This document shows positions 46,116 through 56,227 of a DNA stretch of 64,000 nucleotides, piece after piece. Position 1 is the stretch's first letter, and every line of letters starts with the position of its first letter. The notes under the pieces were generated by a model that had not been told where the DNA came from, did not search any database, and was given only the letters and a program-made list of their open reading frames with translations. The position numbers were made by a program, and so were the translations under genes. The stretch is taken from contig MFSE01000021.1 of the NCBI GenBank assembly GCA_001784805.1, positions 4,241 to 68,240 on the forward strand. The letters are read 5' to 3'. The stretch comes from Candidatus Moranbacteria bacterium RIFOXYA12_FULL_35_19 (GTDB taxonomy: Bacteria > Patescibacteriota > Minisyncoccia > Moranbacterales > UBA2206).

Positions 46116-47258
46116 TTATAATAAATTTCGTAAAACTTTTTCTCTTCTTTTTTTCTCATCCCAGGAAATTGGGTCGCCTAATTTATAGGCAGTGGTTCCG
46201 GGGCGAGGGGAATATTTATTGATGTAGGCTTCGTTAAATTGCACTTTTTTAAAAACTTTGACTGATTCCTGAAAATCTTTTTCAGTTTCACTAGGAAAGC
46301 CAACAATTACATCAGTGGTAAAACTCACGCTGGGGATTATTTTTTGCGCTTTTTTAATTAAATCTAGATAATGTTTTTGGGTGTATGGCCGATTCATGGC
46401 TTTCAAAATTTTGTTGCTTCCAGATTGAATGGGCAGATGAATTTCTCGGGAAATATTTTTATTTTTGGCAATTACTTTCATTAACTTTTCGGAAAAGTCT
46501 TTAGGGTGAGAAGTCAAGAATTTAAATTTAATTTCAGGAAAAGATTGAGCGAGGGAATTAAGAAGTTTCGGAAAATTATAATTACCCGCCTCATCGGCGG
46601 ATGAATTCTTATCGATAAATCGATAAGAATTCACATTCTGTCCCAACAAAATTATTTCTTTGCAATTTTTTTTCGCTAGATTTTTAATTTCTTTTAAAAT
46701 ATCTTGAATTGGTCTTGAAATTTCTCGACCTCGGGCATAAGGCACGACGCAGTATGAGCAGAAATTATTGCAGCCAGTCATAATGGGGATATAGGCGGTG
46801 TGTTGGTTGGTGTATTTTGGGATAATAGTTAGATAATTGTCATTGCGAGGGAGCGTAGCGACCGTGGCAATCTCATTCTTAGCAATATTTTGCTTAATAT
46901 TTCGAGATTGCTTCGCTATGCTCGCAATGACATCAGGAAAATCCTTTATCTCGCAAAATAAATCAACTTTATCTTTTAATCTTCTCTGCACATCTTTTCG
47001 ATTAGCAAGGCAACCCGTAAGAATTATAAGTGGTTTTTTTGTTTCATGCTTCATGTTGCGTGCTACATGAATATTATGTATTTGCCCATAAACACGATCC
47101 TCCGCCATTTGTCGCACACCGCAAGTATTGAAAATAACCAAATCAGCTTTGTTTATTTCTTTTGTCGGTTTAATTTTTTGCGATTCTAAAAAGCCTGCAA
47201 TTCGCTCGGAATCACTCTCGTTCATTTGACAACCGAAGGTTTTAATGTAATAATTCAT
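46116..47258 (-). CDS. miaB: tRNA-i6A37 methylthiotransferase (radical SAM MTTase), with in-frame repeat-element insertions
   Basis: MNYYIKTFGCQMNESDSE N-terminus, CNNFCSYCVVPYARG radical-SAM motif. Confidence 0.9.
   Translation of the reverse strand: MNYYIKTFGCQMNESDSERIAGFLESQKIKPTKEINKADLVIFNTCGVRQMAEDRVYGQIHNIHVARNMKHETKKPLIILTGCLANRKDVQRRLKDKVDLFCEIKDFPDVIASIAKQSRNIKQNIAKNEIATVATLPRNDNYLTIIPKYTNQHTAYIPIMTGCNNFCSYCVVPYARGREISRPIQDILKEIKNLAKKNCKEIILLGQNVNSYRFIDKNSSADEAGNYNFPKLLNSLAQSFPEIKFKFLTSHPKDFSEKLMKVIAKNKNISREIHLPIQSGSNKILKAMNRPYTQKHYLDLIKKAQKIIPSVSFTTDVIVGFPSETEKDFQESVKVFKKVQFNEAYINKYSPRPGTTAYKLGDPISWDEKKRREKVLRNLL
46839..46931. repeat. 93-nt palindromic element (family 3) in-frame in miaB
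   Basis: gtcattgcgag...ctcgcaatgac termini; the reverse complement is ~85% identical to 63313-63405 in argS; encodes VIASIAKQSRNIKQNIAKNEIATVATLPRNDN. Confidence 0.85.
47040..47075. repeat. CATGAAA-family half-element inside the miaB coding sequence
   Basis: gtttcatgcttcatgttgcgtgctacatgaa encodes NIHVARNMKHE. Confidence 0.6.
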
Positions 47259-47332
47259 TTTCTAGTTCTTAAGAAGATAGTACTCTAAATAGAGTACTAA
47301 AATATAAACATTTAGGCAACAAGGAGGAGGAT

Positions 47333-47623
47333 GTGATGGATAAGGAACATTTAAGAATATTAGAAGAAGCTCACCGGACGGGAGGTGCTGTTAATATTAT
47401 TTTTAAAAAGAGTAATATTATACCCGATTCTGTTGGAGTGATTACGGAGATACTTGATCTGTATAATAATGATGAGCCGTGGATAGAATTGTTTAATGGA
47501 GAAGAAGGATTGAGATATAACTGTCGATCTATCGAAAAAGTCGAAGCTAAATCTATAAAAGATTTGCTTCGTATGTTCAAAGAAAAGATAGCGAAGGTAA
47601 AAAGATTTTTAGATAATGTTTGA
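47333..47623 (+). CDS. hypothetical protein
   Basis: 96-aa ORF diverging from miaB; the palindrome tagtactct-aaat-agagtacta lies in the shared upstream region. Confidence 0.4.
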   Translation: MMDKEHLRILEEAHRTGGAVNIIFKKSNIIPDSVGVITEILDLYNNDEPWIELFNGEEGLRYNCRSIEKVEAKSIKDLLRMFKEKIAKVKRFLDNV

Positions 47624-47640
47624 AAAAAAGTCAAACTACT

Positions 47641-47677
47641 AAAAAAAGTGGGCATGTTCCTTGGAACTGTCCACTTT
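47641..47677. terminator. bidirectional terminator (aagtgg-gcatgttccttggaactgtc-cactt)
   Basis: Between the 47333 gene (+) and thrS (-). Confidence 0.5.
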
Positions 47678-47733
47678 TAATTTTTATAAAGAAGGTATAT
47701 AGGAAGATTGAAGTGTACCTTTTTTTATTTTTT

Positions 47734-49530
47734 CTACTTAATTTCTGCAATAACCTTTTCAATAAACTTTTCAACTTTCATAACTTCTTGCTTGCCCGCC
47801 ATAGCTTTAGCGTCGGCGGGCTCTTTTTCCTTTCTTGATCGAACAGCGACAGAATTATCGGCTTCTTCTTTTTCTCCCACTACTAGCATGTATGGAATTT
47901 TTTGTTTTTCGGCTTCGCGAATTCTTTTGCCAAGCGATTCTGATTCGTCGCTAATTTCTACACGAATATTATTTTCTAATAATTGCGAATATATTTTTTG
48001 CGCGTAAGAATTAAATTTTTCACTCACTGGTAAAATAGCCACTTGCACTGGAGAGAGCCAAAGCGGAAACGCGCCAGCGAAATGTTCAATGAGAAGAACC
48101 AAAAATCTTTCGTAAGATCCTAAAATTGCACGATGCACCATAACTGGAGGAACTTTTTCACCTTTTTCATTTATATACTCAAGGCCGAATCTTTTTGGAG
48201 TGGCAAAGTCAATTTGGACAGTAGGAATTTGAATTTCTCGTCCAGTCGCATCCTTAAACATAAAATCTAATTTTGGTCCATATAATGCTGCTTCGCCCTC
48301 TCTTTTTTGAGCATCTAATTTTATTTCATCAGAGATTTCTTGAAGCATTTTTTCACAAATGTCCCAGTCTGATGATTCGCCTATATATTTTTCTGGATGA
48401 TCATAGTCTCTAACAGAAAGAGAAACCCAATGATTATCCCATAAACCAATAGAACTATATAAATCCTTAATAATATTTACCATATTTTTAATCTCATTTT
48501 TTACTTGATCAACTCTACAAAAAGAATGACCATCTTCAACTGTGATGGCATAAACCCTAGAGAGTCCACCGACCTCGCCGGTTTTTTCAGCTCGGTACAT
48601 TTTATCTGATTCCATATATCTTATAGGTAAATCTTTGTAGGATCTTGTTTTAGAAGCATAAAGCTGGGTATGATGAGGGCATTGAACTGGTTTTAGGACA
48701 AAATTATGTTTTTTATCTGATGTCACATGAAACAATTCATCGCCAAATTTTTTAGCATGCCCAGAAGTTTCAAAAAGTTCAATCTTTGCTAATGCCGGAG
48801 CCGATACTTTTTCAAATCCATAATGGCGACAAATTTTTTCTACTTCTTTTTTAAGCTCCTCTATTATAGTTGTTCCTTTGGGAGTAAAAAGGGGAAGTCC
48901 TGGACCGACTAAATCAGAAAAACAAAACAGATCTAATTCTTTCCCAAGTTTTCGATGATCTCTTTTTTCCGCTTCTTCGAGCATATGCAAATATTCATCT
49001 AATTCTTTTTTAGTTTCAAAGGCGACGCCATAAATTCGCTGAAGCATTTTGTTTTTTTCATCTCCTCGCCAATAGGCACCGGAAATTTTGGTGAGTTTGA
49101 AGGCGTCAAAAGGAATTTCGCCAGTAGAATCAAGATGTGGGCCAGAGCAGAGGTCGATGAAGTTGCCGGATTTGTAAACAGAAACCATTTTGTCTGCCGA
49201 TGAGGCAGATTTTTTCTCTAAATCCTTAATCAACTCAACCTTATATGGTTGTTTCGCCTTTTTGAAATCTTTCAAAGCTTCTTCGATTGAAATTTCTGCT
49301 TTTTCAAAAGGATGATTGGCTTTGATAATAGCTTTCATTTTTTCTTCCAAAATTTCCAAGTCTTCTGGAATGAGAGTTCGCGGAAGATCAAAATCATAAT
49401 AGAATCCGTTTTCAATCGCTGGTCCAATGGCAAACTTAGCTTCCGGAAACATTTGGAGAACTGCTGATGCTAAAACATGGGAAGTTGAGTGGCGCAAGAT
49501 GTCTAAATTAGTTTGTGATTTTTTTGGCAT
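47734..49530 (-). CDS. thrS: threonine--tRNA ligase (no N-terminal TGS extension)
   Basis: Class II aaRS motifs, HRKLGKELDLF, anticodon-binding C-terminus. Confidence 0.9.
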   Translation of the reverse strand: MPKKSQTNLDILRHSTSHVLASAVLQMFPEAKFAIGPAIENGFYYDFDLPRTLIPEDLEILEEKMKAIIKANHPFEKAEISIEEALKDFKKAKQPYKVELIKDLEKKSASSADKMVSVYKSGNFIDLCSGPHLDSTGEIPFDAFKLTKISGAYWRGDEKNKMLQRIYGVAFETKKELDEYLHMLEEAEKRDHRKLGKELDLFCFSDLVGPGLPLFTPKGTTIIEELKKEVEKICRHYGFEKVSAPALAKIELFETSGHAKKFGDELFHVTSDKKHNFVLKPVQCPHHTQLYASKTRSYKDLPIRYMESDKMYRAEKTGEVGGLSRVYAITVEDGHSFCRVDQVKNEIKNMVNIIKDLYSSIGLWDNHWVSLSVRDYDHPEKYIGESSDWDICEKMLQEISDEIKLDAQKREGEAALYGPKLDFMFKDATGREIQIPTVQIDFATPKRFGLEYINEKGEKVPPVMVHRAILGSYERFLVLLIEHFAGAFPLWLSPVQVAILPVSEKFNSYAQKIYSQLLENNIRVEISDESESLGKRIREAEKQKIPYMLVVGEKEEADNSVAVRSRKEKEPADAKAMAGKQEVMKVEKFIEKVIAEIK

Positions 49531-49619
49531 TTCTTTACGAATTACGAATCTCGTACACCTGCCTGCCGATAGGCAGGAATATACGAAATAAGAATTCTAA
49601 ATTATTTAACTTAAGCTTA

Positions 49620-49960
49620 AAACAACAAAACCCCGTCTCAAAAATTCAAAGTACTACGCATAGTACAGAATTCTTGGGACGGGGCTCTTTTTTTATTTAC
49701 GTAAATAAGTAAGTATTATAATACGTATTAAAATATGTAATTCCCGCGGTTCCACCCAGATTTATTTACCTTGTCATCCTGAACTTGTTTCAGGATCCCG
49801 AGAGAGATGCTGAAATAAATTCAGCATGACAGATAAAGACACTTTTTGACTAAACGCTAGTTCTAGCGGAAGCTCCGCGATTGGTGAGGTCGCATCGACG
49901 CTTCTAAATAAGAGTCTAATATTTTTTACTGTTTTAGTCAAATGGGGCTTTACGCATTTC
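49620..49960 (-). promoter_or_regulatory. T-box riboswitch leader upstream of thrS
   Basis: Minus strand reads aaatcUGGGUGGAACCGCGGgaa (T-box motif) at 49743-49762. Downstream terminator ccccgtc...gacgggg + UUUUGUUGU at 49621-49700. ACC triplets in the upstream stem. Confidence 0.6.
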
Positions 49961-50017
49961 TTTTTATATGCTAGAATAAAATTTCTAAAATAATAAGCAA
50001 TTTAGGTAAAAATCATT

Positions 50018-51229
50018 ATGAAAACTCCAGAGGAAATTAGAAAACACAAGAGAAATCAGAATATTATTTCCGCATTAATATTAATTTTAGGAACTTTTTT
50101 TGCTTATATTTTTTTTGGTCCGAAAAATCAGGATAAGCAAATAGAAAGTGTTCAGGAAACAGCTTCTTTGGTTAAGGTTATGACCATTTCGCAGGATTCT
50201 TCAAAAAAAGCTAAATTAGAAAAAACAGTTTCTCTAAGCGCTGGTGGAGGACAAGCTCAAGTCATTTCAGAATTTTCCGGAAGAATAAAAGCGGTTAATT
50301 TTGAAGTAGGAGAAAAAGTTAGTGAAGGACAAGTGTTAGCTATTTTTGATCAATCCGAAAGTCAAAATTCTCTAAGGGTTTCTTTGGAATCAGTTGAAAA
50401 AAATTATCAGTTGACTAAGGATAATTTAGAAGAGACTAAGGATTTAGTGGAAAAAAATATCGATCTAGCTAATCGCGCAGTTAAGATAGCTGAAATTGGA
50501 AAAGATCAAGCCAATACGGATGATGAGAAAAATTTAGCTGAACAAAATTTGAAAATTGCTAAAGATCAAAAAAAGCAAGCGGAGGTTTCAGCTGAAATTC
50601 AAATTAATGGAGCAAAAATTCAGTTGGAACAAGTTGCTCAAGCCTTGAAGCAGTCAAAAATTGCTTATGAGAAAACAATTATAAAGTCTCCAATTTCTGG
50701 GGTAATTAATTCAAAGAAAATAAACCCCCAAGATTTTCTAAGTCTAGGGCAAGTCGTAGCTTCAGTTGTGGGAGAAGGAAAGGTTGAAACCGTGCTGTAT
50801 CTAAATCAAGAGGAAATTGATCGGATAAAAATAAATGATAGCGTAGAGATAGTAATTGATGGAAAAAATTATAGTGGAAAAATAGATTCGTATTCGAAGA
50901 TTGCTAATGAGAATAATGGTCGTTTTGAAGTGAAAATAGTTTCTACGGATAATATATCTAGAAACGCTAATCAGACGGCGGAAGTTTTTTTGAATATATA
51001 TTTAGCCAATCAAGCTTCATTTTTTGTGCCGTTGGACTCAGTTAACATCGGGCAAACTAAAAAAGAAGTTTTCGTTGTAAGGGACGGAAAGGCTGTGGCG
51101 AAAAATGTTGAACTGGGGAAAATAATCGGAACGCAAATAGAAATTTTAAGTGGCCTCGAAAACGGAGAGGTTCTAGTAGTTGAAAATAGTCGCAATTTAC
51201 AAGATGGACAATTAGTAAAGTTAAAATAA
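50018..51229 (+). CDS. efflux RND periplasmic adaptor (HlyD/membrane-fusion family)
   Basis: N-terminal TM, long coiled-coil, beta-barrel C-terminus; translationally coupled to the RND permease. Confidence 0.8.
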   Translation: MKTPEEIRKHKRNQNIISALILILGTFFAYIFFGPKNQDKQIESVQETASLVKVMTISQDSSKKAKLEKTVSLSAGGGQAQVISEFSGRIKAVNFEVGEKVSEGQVLAIFDQSESQNSLRVSLESVEKNYQLTKDNLEETKDLVEKNIDLANRAVKIAEIGKDQANTDDEKNLAEQNLKIAKDQKKQAEVSAEIQINGAKIQLEQVAQALKQSKIAYEKTIIKSPISGVINSKKINPQDFLSLGQVVASVVGEGKVETVLYLNQEEIDRIKINDSVEIVIDGKNYSGKIDSYSKIANENNGRFEVKIVSTDNISRNANQTAEVFLNIYLANQASFFVPLDSVNIGQTKKEVFVVRDGKAVAKNVELGKIIGTQIEILSGLENGEVLVVENSRNLQDGQLVKLK

Positions 51230-51230
51230 A

Positions 51231-54200
51231 ATGGAAGAAGATATAATGCGAGAAAAAGAAAAACTTGAAAAGGAGGCGAAGGAATTTGAAAATTCTCCTT
51301 GGCTTTTTTTTGTGAGAAAAAGCAAACTAACATACCTTGTGATTATTTTTCTTTTGATATTTGGAATTTCTACTATTAAAAATTTACCAAAAGAACTTAA
51401 TCCAGAAGTTGAAATTCCAATTGTGCTAGTTATTACGGCATACCCGGGAGCCTCTCCAAGTGATGTCGAAGATCAGATTACTGATAAGATAGAAAGTCAG
51501 ATAGGTGATTTGGAAGGGGTAAAAAAAATTACATCAGATTCTTCATTAGGTGTTAGCGCTATCACGGTTGAATTTGAAGCTGGGGAGGATTTGGATGTGT
51601 CTGTGCGAAAACTTAAGGATAAGGTTTCTGAAGTGACTGACTTGCCAGAAGATGTAATAACGCCAATTGTTAAAGAAATTAATTTAAACGATCAGCCAAT
51701 TATAACGGCGGCTATTTCGGGCGCTAATTATGATTTGACTGAACTCAAGACTTTTGCCGAAAATTTGAAAGATAATATAAAAGGAGTTCCTTTTGTTTCA
51801 GATGTCGTAGTGGTGGGAGGAGTTGAAAAACAAATAAGGATTGATATAAATTCCCAAAAACTTTCTGCCTATGGTTTTTCTCTGCAACAGATAATCGCAA
51901 TTATTTCAGCTAATAATTTAGATTTTCCAATTGGAGAAATTGCATTAGAAAATTCAAACTATTCAGTTCGTATGACTGGCCAACTCAAAAATGTTGGGGA
52001 AATTTCCATGCTTCAAATAGGGGAAAAATTAGGCGTGCCAATTTATCTTGAAGATGTGGCAAAGGTGACAGACACTTTTGAAAAAGTAAGTTCAAAATCT
52101 AGAATTTCTACAAACGGAGGAGAGGCGCTGAACGCTGTTTCAATTCAAATTTATAAAAGAACAGGTGGGGACATAATAAAAGTGGCAAGCGAGGCAAGAG
52201 AAAAAATTGAAAATGCTCGCGGAGCAGATTATCCTCAAGATGCGAAGGTGACTATTACATTGGATTTTTCTGAAATGATAAATGAGAGTATCGACACTCT
52301 AAGTAGTAATGGAATTCAAACAGTAATCCTTATTCTGGTTTTACTTTTCTTTTTCCTAGGTTTAAGGGAGGCTCTTATCGCAGGACTTAGCGTGCCATTT
52401 TCTTTTTTTGTGGCGTTTATTACGATGAGCATTTTTGGGGAGAGTTTAAATTTTATCTCACTCTTTTCATTAGTGTTAGCACTGGGGCTCTTAGTTGATT
52501 CAGCCGTAGTGATTGTAGAAGGGATGTATGAAAAAGTTTCTGTTTTTGGTCTTAGCGGATTTCAATCAGCTGTTTTGACAATTAAAGAGTATTCTGCGCC
52601 ACTTCTTTCAGGGATGCTCACAACAATTGGAGCTTTTATCCCACTTCTTTTTGTGATTGGAATTTTCGGTCAATTTATCAAGACTATTCCCGTAGTAGTG
52701 ATATCAACTCTTACGGCCGCTCTTTTCGTTTCTCTCACCATAATCCCAGCTATTGGAGCGGCAGTGATGCAACCTATAAAAAATGGTAACGAAGAAAAAG
52801 GAAGAATAGGCAAATTATTAGCGCGCATAAATTCAGAAATATTCCAAAAAATTTGTCAAAAAATATCTTTTATTTGCAAATCTAAACCAAGAAAAAGAAG
52901 AATGGCCACCCGTGCTTTTGAAAAAATTTCAAATAGCTACTGTGATTTTATTCCAAAAATCATTTCAACAAAAAAACAGAGAGTAAGAGTAATAGCGGGA
53001 GTGTGGATACTTCTTGCGGTTAGTTTTCTTTTGCCGTTGACGGGAGTTTTGAAGATGCAATCTTTTGTTCCGGCTGATACCGAATTCTTTTTTGTAAATT
53101 TAAAGATGCCCAATGGTACGGTTCTAGAAAAAACTGACGAGGTTGTTAGAAAAATTGAAGATATAATTAGGAAAGAACCCCAGGCGGATAATTTTGTGAC
53201 TAATGTTGGTGCGGGACTTGGATCTGCTTCGGGAATTTCTGGTGGGAATAATTCCTCTTCTAGTAACAGAGCTTTTTTGCAAGTTAATTTGACCAAGAAA
53301 GAGAATCGAGATGAAAAGAGTTTTGAAATTTCTAGTCGAGTTAGGAAGGAACTGGAGCGGGAGATAACTGAAGGCGAGATTATAATCGAAGAACAAGAAT
53401 CGGGCCCTCCAACTGGCGCAGCAGTTGAGGCAAGAGTCGAGGGACCTGATTTATTAGTACTTAGCCAAATAGCTTTAGATTTGAAACGGGAGTTAGAAAA
53501 AATTCCCACAGTTATTGATGCTAAGACTTCTATAAACCAAGCTTCTGGTGAATTTGTTTTTATCCCAAACAAGAAAGTTATTGCGGAGAATGGATTGAGC
53601 GTGGCTCAATTAGGTTTAGAAATTAGAAACGGAGTGAATCGAAACACAGATGAAAATATCAAAAAAGAAGGAGAAGAAATTTTTATAAATATTGGGCTAG
53701 AAGAAGACAAACTGAAATCAATTGAAGGCCTCAAGGATATTTCTGTGATAACTCCGAGAGGAAAAAAGATGTTTATCTCAGAATTAGGTCGTATTGAGCT
53801 TCAGCCATCACTGGCTTCTATTGAACATTATGACAAGGAAAGAATTATTTCGATAACAGGCGGAACCGATGGCGGAAATCCAACTGAAATTACCAATATC
53901 TTCAAAGAAAAAATATCGAAGATGGATATACCTGCAGGTTATCGGATTGATTTCGGCGGGGAATCTCAAGAATTGCAAGAAGTTTTTATGGATATGTTTA
54001 CTAAAATGATTATTGGAATAATCCTGATTTTGTTTATTCTCATAATTCAATTTAATTCTTATCGTCAAGTGCTAATCATTCTCTTTACCATCCCTTTGGC
54101 AATGATCGGCGTGATTTGGGGAATGGCACTGGCACGTTTAACTGTTGATATTCCGTCGTTTATCGGGATTGTTTCGCTAGCTGGAATCGTTGTTAACAAT

Positions 54201-54482
54201 GCGATAATTTTGATTGATGAAATTAATCGGGAATTATCAAGAGGAAAATATGTTATTGACGCAGTAATCAATGCTGGCAGAGTGCGACTTCGTCCAGTAT
54301 TTTTGACGACTGTCACAACAGTTTTTGGATTACTTCCACTTTCTATTACCCAACCCGATTGGCGCAATATGGGTTTTACAATTATTTTTGGACTAACCTT
54401 TTCAACTTTTCTGACATTGGTTATTGTCCCAACACTTTACATTAGTTTTTATAAAGGAAAACTAAAGAAAGAAAACATATAA
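51231..54482 (+). CDS. RND family efflux permease (AcrB/AcrD/AcrF-like)
   Basis: 12-TM architecture with two large periplasmic loops; 1083 aa. Confidence 0.85.
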   Translation: MEEDIMREKEKLEKEAKEFENSPWLFFVRKSKLTYLVIIFLLIFGISTIKNLPKELNPEVEIPIVLVITAYPGASPSDVEDQITDKIESQIGDLEGVKKITSDSSLGVSAITVEFEAGEDLDVSVRKLKDKVSEVTDLPEDVITPIVKEINLNDQPIITAAISGANYDLTELKTFAENLKDNIKGVPFVSDVVVVGGVEKQIRIDINSQKLSAYGFSLQQIIAIISANNLDFPIGEIALENSNYSVRMTGQLKNVGEISMLQIGEKLGVPIYLEDVAKVTDTFEKVSSKSRISTNGGEALNAVSIQIYKRTGGDIIKVASEAREKIENARGADYPQDAKVTITLDFSEMINESIDTLSSNGIQTVILILVLLFFFLGLREALIAGLSVPFSFFVAFITMSIFGESLNFISLFSLVLALGLLVDSAVVIVEGMYEKVSVFGLSGFQSAVLTIKEYSAPLLSGMLTTIGAFIPLLFVIGIFGQFIKTIPVVVISTLTAALFVSLTIIPAIGAAVMQPIKNGNEEKGRIGKLLARINSEIFQKICQKISFICKSKPRKRRMATRAFEKISNSYCDFIPKIISTKKQRVRVIAGVWILLAVSFLLPLTGVLKMQSFVPADTEFFFVNLKMPNGTVLEKTDEVVRKIEDIIRKEPQADNFVTNVGAGLGSASGISGGNNSSSSNRAFLQVNLTKKENRDEKSFEISSRVRKELEREITEGEIIIEEQESGPPTGAAVEARVEGPDLLVLSQIALDLKRELEKIPTVIDAKTSINQASGEFVFIPNKKVIAENGLSVAQLGLEIRNGVNRNTDENIKKEGEEIFINIGLEEDKLKSIEGLKDISVITPRGKKMFISELGRIELQPSLASIEHYDKERIISITGGTDGGNPTEITNIFKEKISKMDIPAGYRIDFGGESQELQEVFMDMFTKMIIGIILILFILIIQFNSYRQVLIILFTIPLAMIGVIWGMALARLTVDIPSFIGIVSLAGIVVNNAIILIDEINRELSRGKYVIDAVINAGRVRLRPVFLTTVTTVFGLLPLSITQPDWRNMGFTIIFGLTFSTFLTLVIVPTLYISFYKGKLKKENI

Positions 54483-54486
54483 AATA

Positions 54487-54515
54487 AAAAACTAGGCGTT
54501 GGCCTAGTTTTTTGA
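54487..54515. terminator. bidirectional terminator (aaaaactaggc-gtt-ggcctagtttttt)
   Basis: GC stem with A/T runs on both sides, between the RND permease (+) and the AI-2E gene (-). Confidence 0.65.
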
Positions 54516-54525
54516 TTTTGTATAA

Positions 54526-55638
54526 CTATTGATTCATTTTTTCTAATTCAGTTTTGAATTCAATTTGGTAAATTTCTAAAAGAGAGACAAGTAGGACAAT
54601 AATGACTGGACCAAGAAGAATTCCAATTAGTCCAAAAAGAGCGATTCCGCCGAGGGTGGAGAAGAAAACTAAAAGAGGATGGAGGCTAGTTTCTTTGCCG
54701 ACTAATTTTGGTCGAAGAATATTGTCTATCGTGCTCACAGCCAAGGCGCCAAAAGATAAAATTAGTATCCCTTGCCAGACATTTCCTAAAAAGAGCATGA
54801 TGATTCCCGCGGGAAGCCAAATGAGGGCAGCGCCTAGCATCGGGATGAGTGAAACAATAGTGGTGATCACTCCCCAGATAACAGGAGAGGGTACGCCAGT
54901 TATCCAAAGAACGAAAGACATCAAAATTCCTTGGATGATGGCGATAATCAAAGAGCCTTTGAGAGTGGCTTTAGAAACAGAAATAAAATTATCCAAAAGC
55001 TTACTTTCCTGATTGTTTCGAAGCGGGCTAAGGGACATTATTTTTTTAATGATGGCGTCGCTGTCTTTGAAAAGATAATAAAGCGAAAAGAAAACTACAA
55101 AAGCCATAAAAACAAAATGAGTTACGCTCTGATATGTTTTTCGAAGAGCCGAGAAGATAAAATTGCTGGCATTTTGAACGCCCTGAACTATTTTTCCAGA
55201 ATTATCAGTGCCAATATTTTGCACATCAAGAGTTTTTATATCTATCCCGAGATTTTTCAAAAATTGATTTTGTGAAGCGGAGCTAAGATAGGTTTGCCAA
55301 TCAGACTGTTGGACATTTCGGTAAAGATCAGAAGCTTCTTTGGCAACTAAACTGGCGGTTAAGAAAAAAGGAAGGACTAAAATAAAAAATAAAATAACGC
55401 AAAGTGTCAAAGATGCTAGTGACGGGCGGTTGCCAAATTTTTGATTAATTTTTTCATACCATTTTTTGAAAAGTTGCGAGATGATAAAGGCCAGAAAAAG
55501 AGCGACTAAAAACGGCTTAAAGACCAAATAAGCGCATATTCCAGCCAAAATAATGAGGATTAATAAAAAAGCGGAGTTTAAATTAGTTTTCATATTTTTT
55601 GTAAATTTAGTTTGTTTAATGATTCTATTATACAGCAA
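54526..55638 (-). CDS. AI-2E family transporter (PerM/YhhT-like)
   Basis: 370 aa, about 8 TM helices, central hydrophilic loop typical of the family. Confidence 0.65.
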   Translation of the reverse strand: MLYNRIIKQTKFTKNMKTNLNSAFLLILIILAGICAYLVFKPFLVALFLAFIISQLFKKWYEKINQKFGNRPSLASLTLCVILFFILVLPFFLTASLVAKEASDLYRNVQQSDWQTYLSSASQNQFLKNLGIDIKTLDVQNIGTDNSGKIVQGVQNASNFIFSALRKTYQSVTHFVFMAFVVFFSLYYLFKDSDAIIKKIMSLSPLRNNQESKLLDNFISVSKATLKGSLIIAIIQGILMSFVLWITGVPSPVIWGVITTIVSLIPMLGAALIWLPAGIIMLFLGNVWQGILILSFGALAVSTIDNILRPKLVGKETSLHPLLVFFSTLGGIALFGLIGILLGPVIIVLLVSLLEIYQIEFKTELEKMNQ

Positions 55639-55771
55639 ATTTAACCTTGCGGAAAGTGCCTATTGCGCACATTTACAAAAAGCCTTATAATACAAGGGTA
55701 AATAGGGGAATAAATAATAATTAATTAAGTTTCATTCTTTTCTCACAAAAAAGAACGAAGCAAAAAAAGCA

Positions 55772-56053
55772 ATGACAAAAATGACAAAGTCACAACTGAT
55801 GTCAGCTTTGGCTGAAAAAACCGGACTTTCCAAAAAGGATGTCATCGGTTTTATGGATACGCTGGTTGAAATGGCGTATTCAGAAGTGAAGAAGAACGGA
55901 GTTTTCGTTCTTCCTGGTTTTGGAAAAATGGTCAAGGTTAACCGAAAAGCTCGAGTGGGAATCAACCCAGCTACAGGAGCAAAAATTAACATTGCTGCAA
56001 AAACTGTAGCAAAGTTCCGATTGGCAAAAGCTGCCAAGGAAGCTGTGATGTAA
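55772..56053 (+). CDS. hup: DNA-binding protein HU
   Basis: MTKSQLMSALAEKTGLSKKDV...GFGKMVKVNRKARVGINPATGAKINIAAK. Confidence 0.9.
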   Translation: MTKMTKSQLMSALAEKTGLSKKDVIGFMDTLVEMAYSEVKKNGVFVLPGFGKMVKVNRKARVGINPATGAKINIAAKTVAKFRLAKAAKEAVM

Positions 56054-56123
56054 TTTTACTTGAAACTGAAAAAGGCCTTGCGAAAGCCTGCCTCATCGGC
56101 AGACAAGCGGGGTCTTTTTTTAT

Positions 56124-56210
56124 GTTTTACGAACTACGAAATAAGCGAAATACGAAACAATAAAACTTTCTTTTCGTATTTCGTTAGTTTCGTAGTTCGT
56201 AAATTAAAAA
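56124..56210. repeat. TACGAAA-family hairpin element
   Basis: ttttacgaactacgaaataagcgaaatacgaaac ... ttttcgtatttcgttagtttcgtagttcgtaa. Confidence 0.85.
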
Positions 56211-56227
56211 TCTGTTATAATTAAAAA

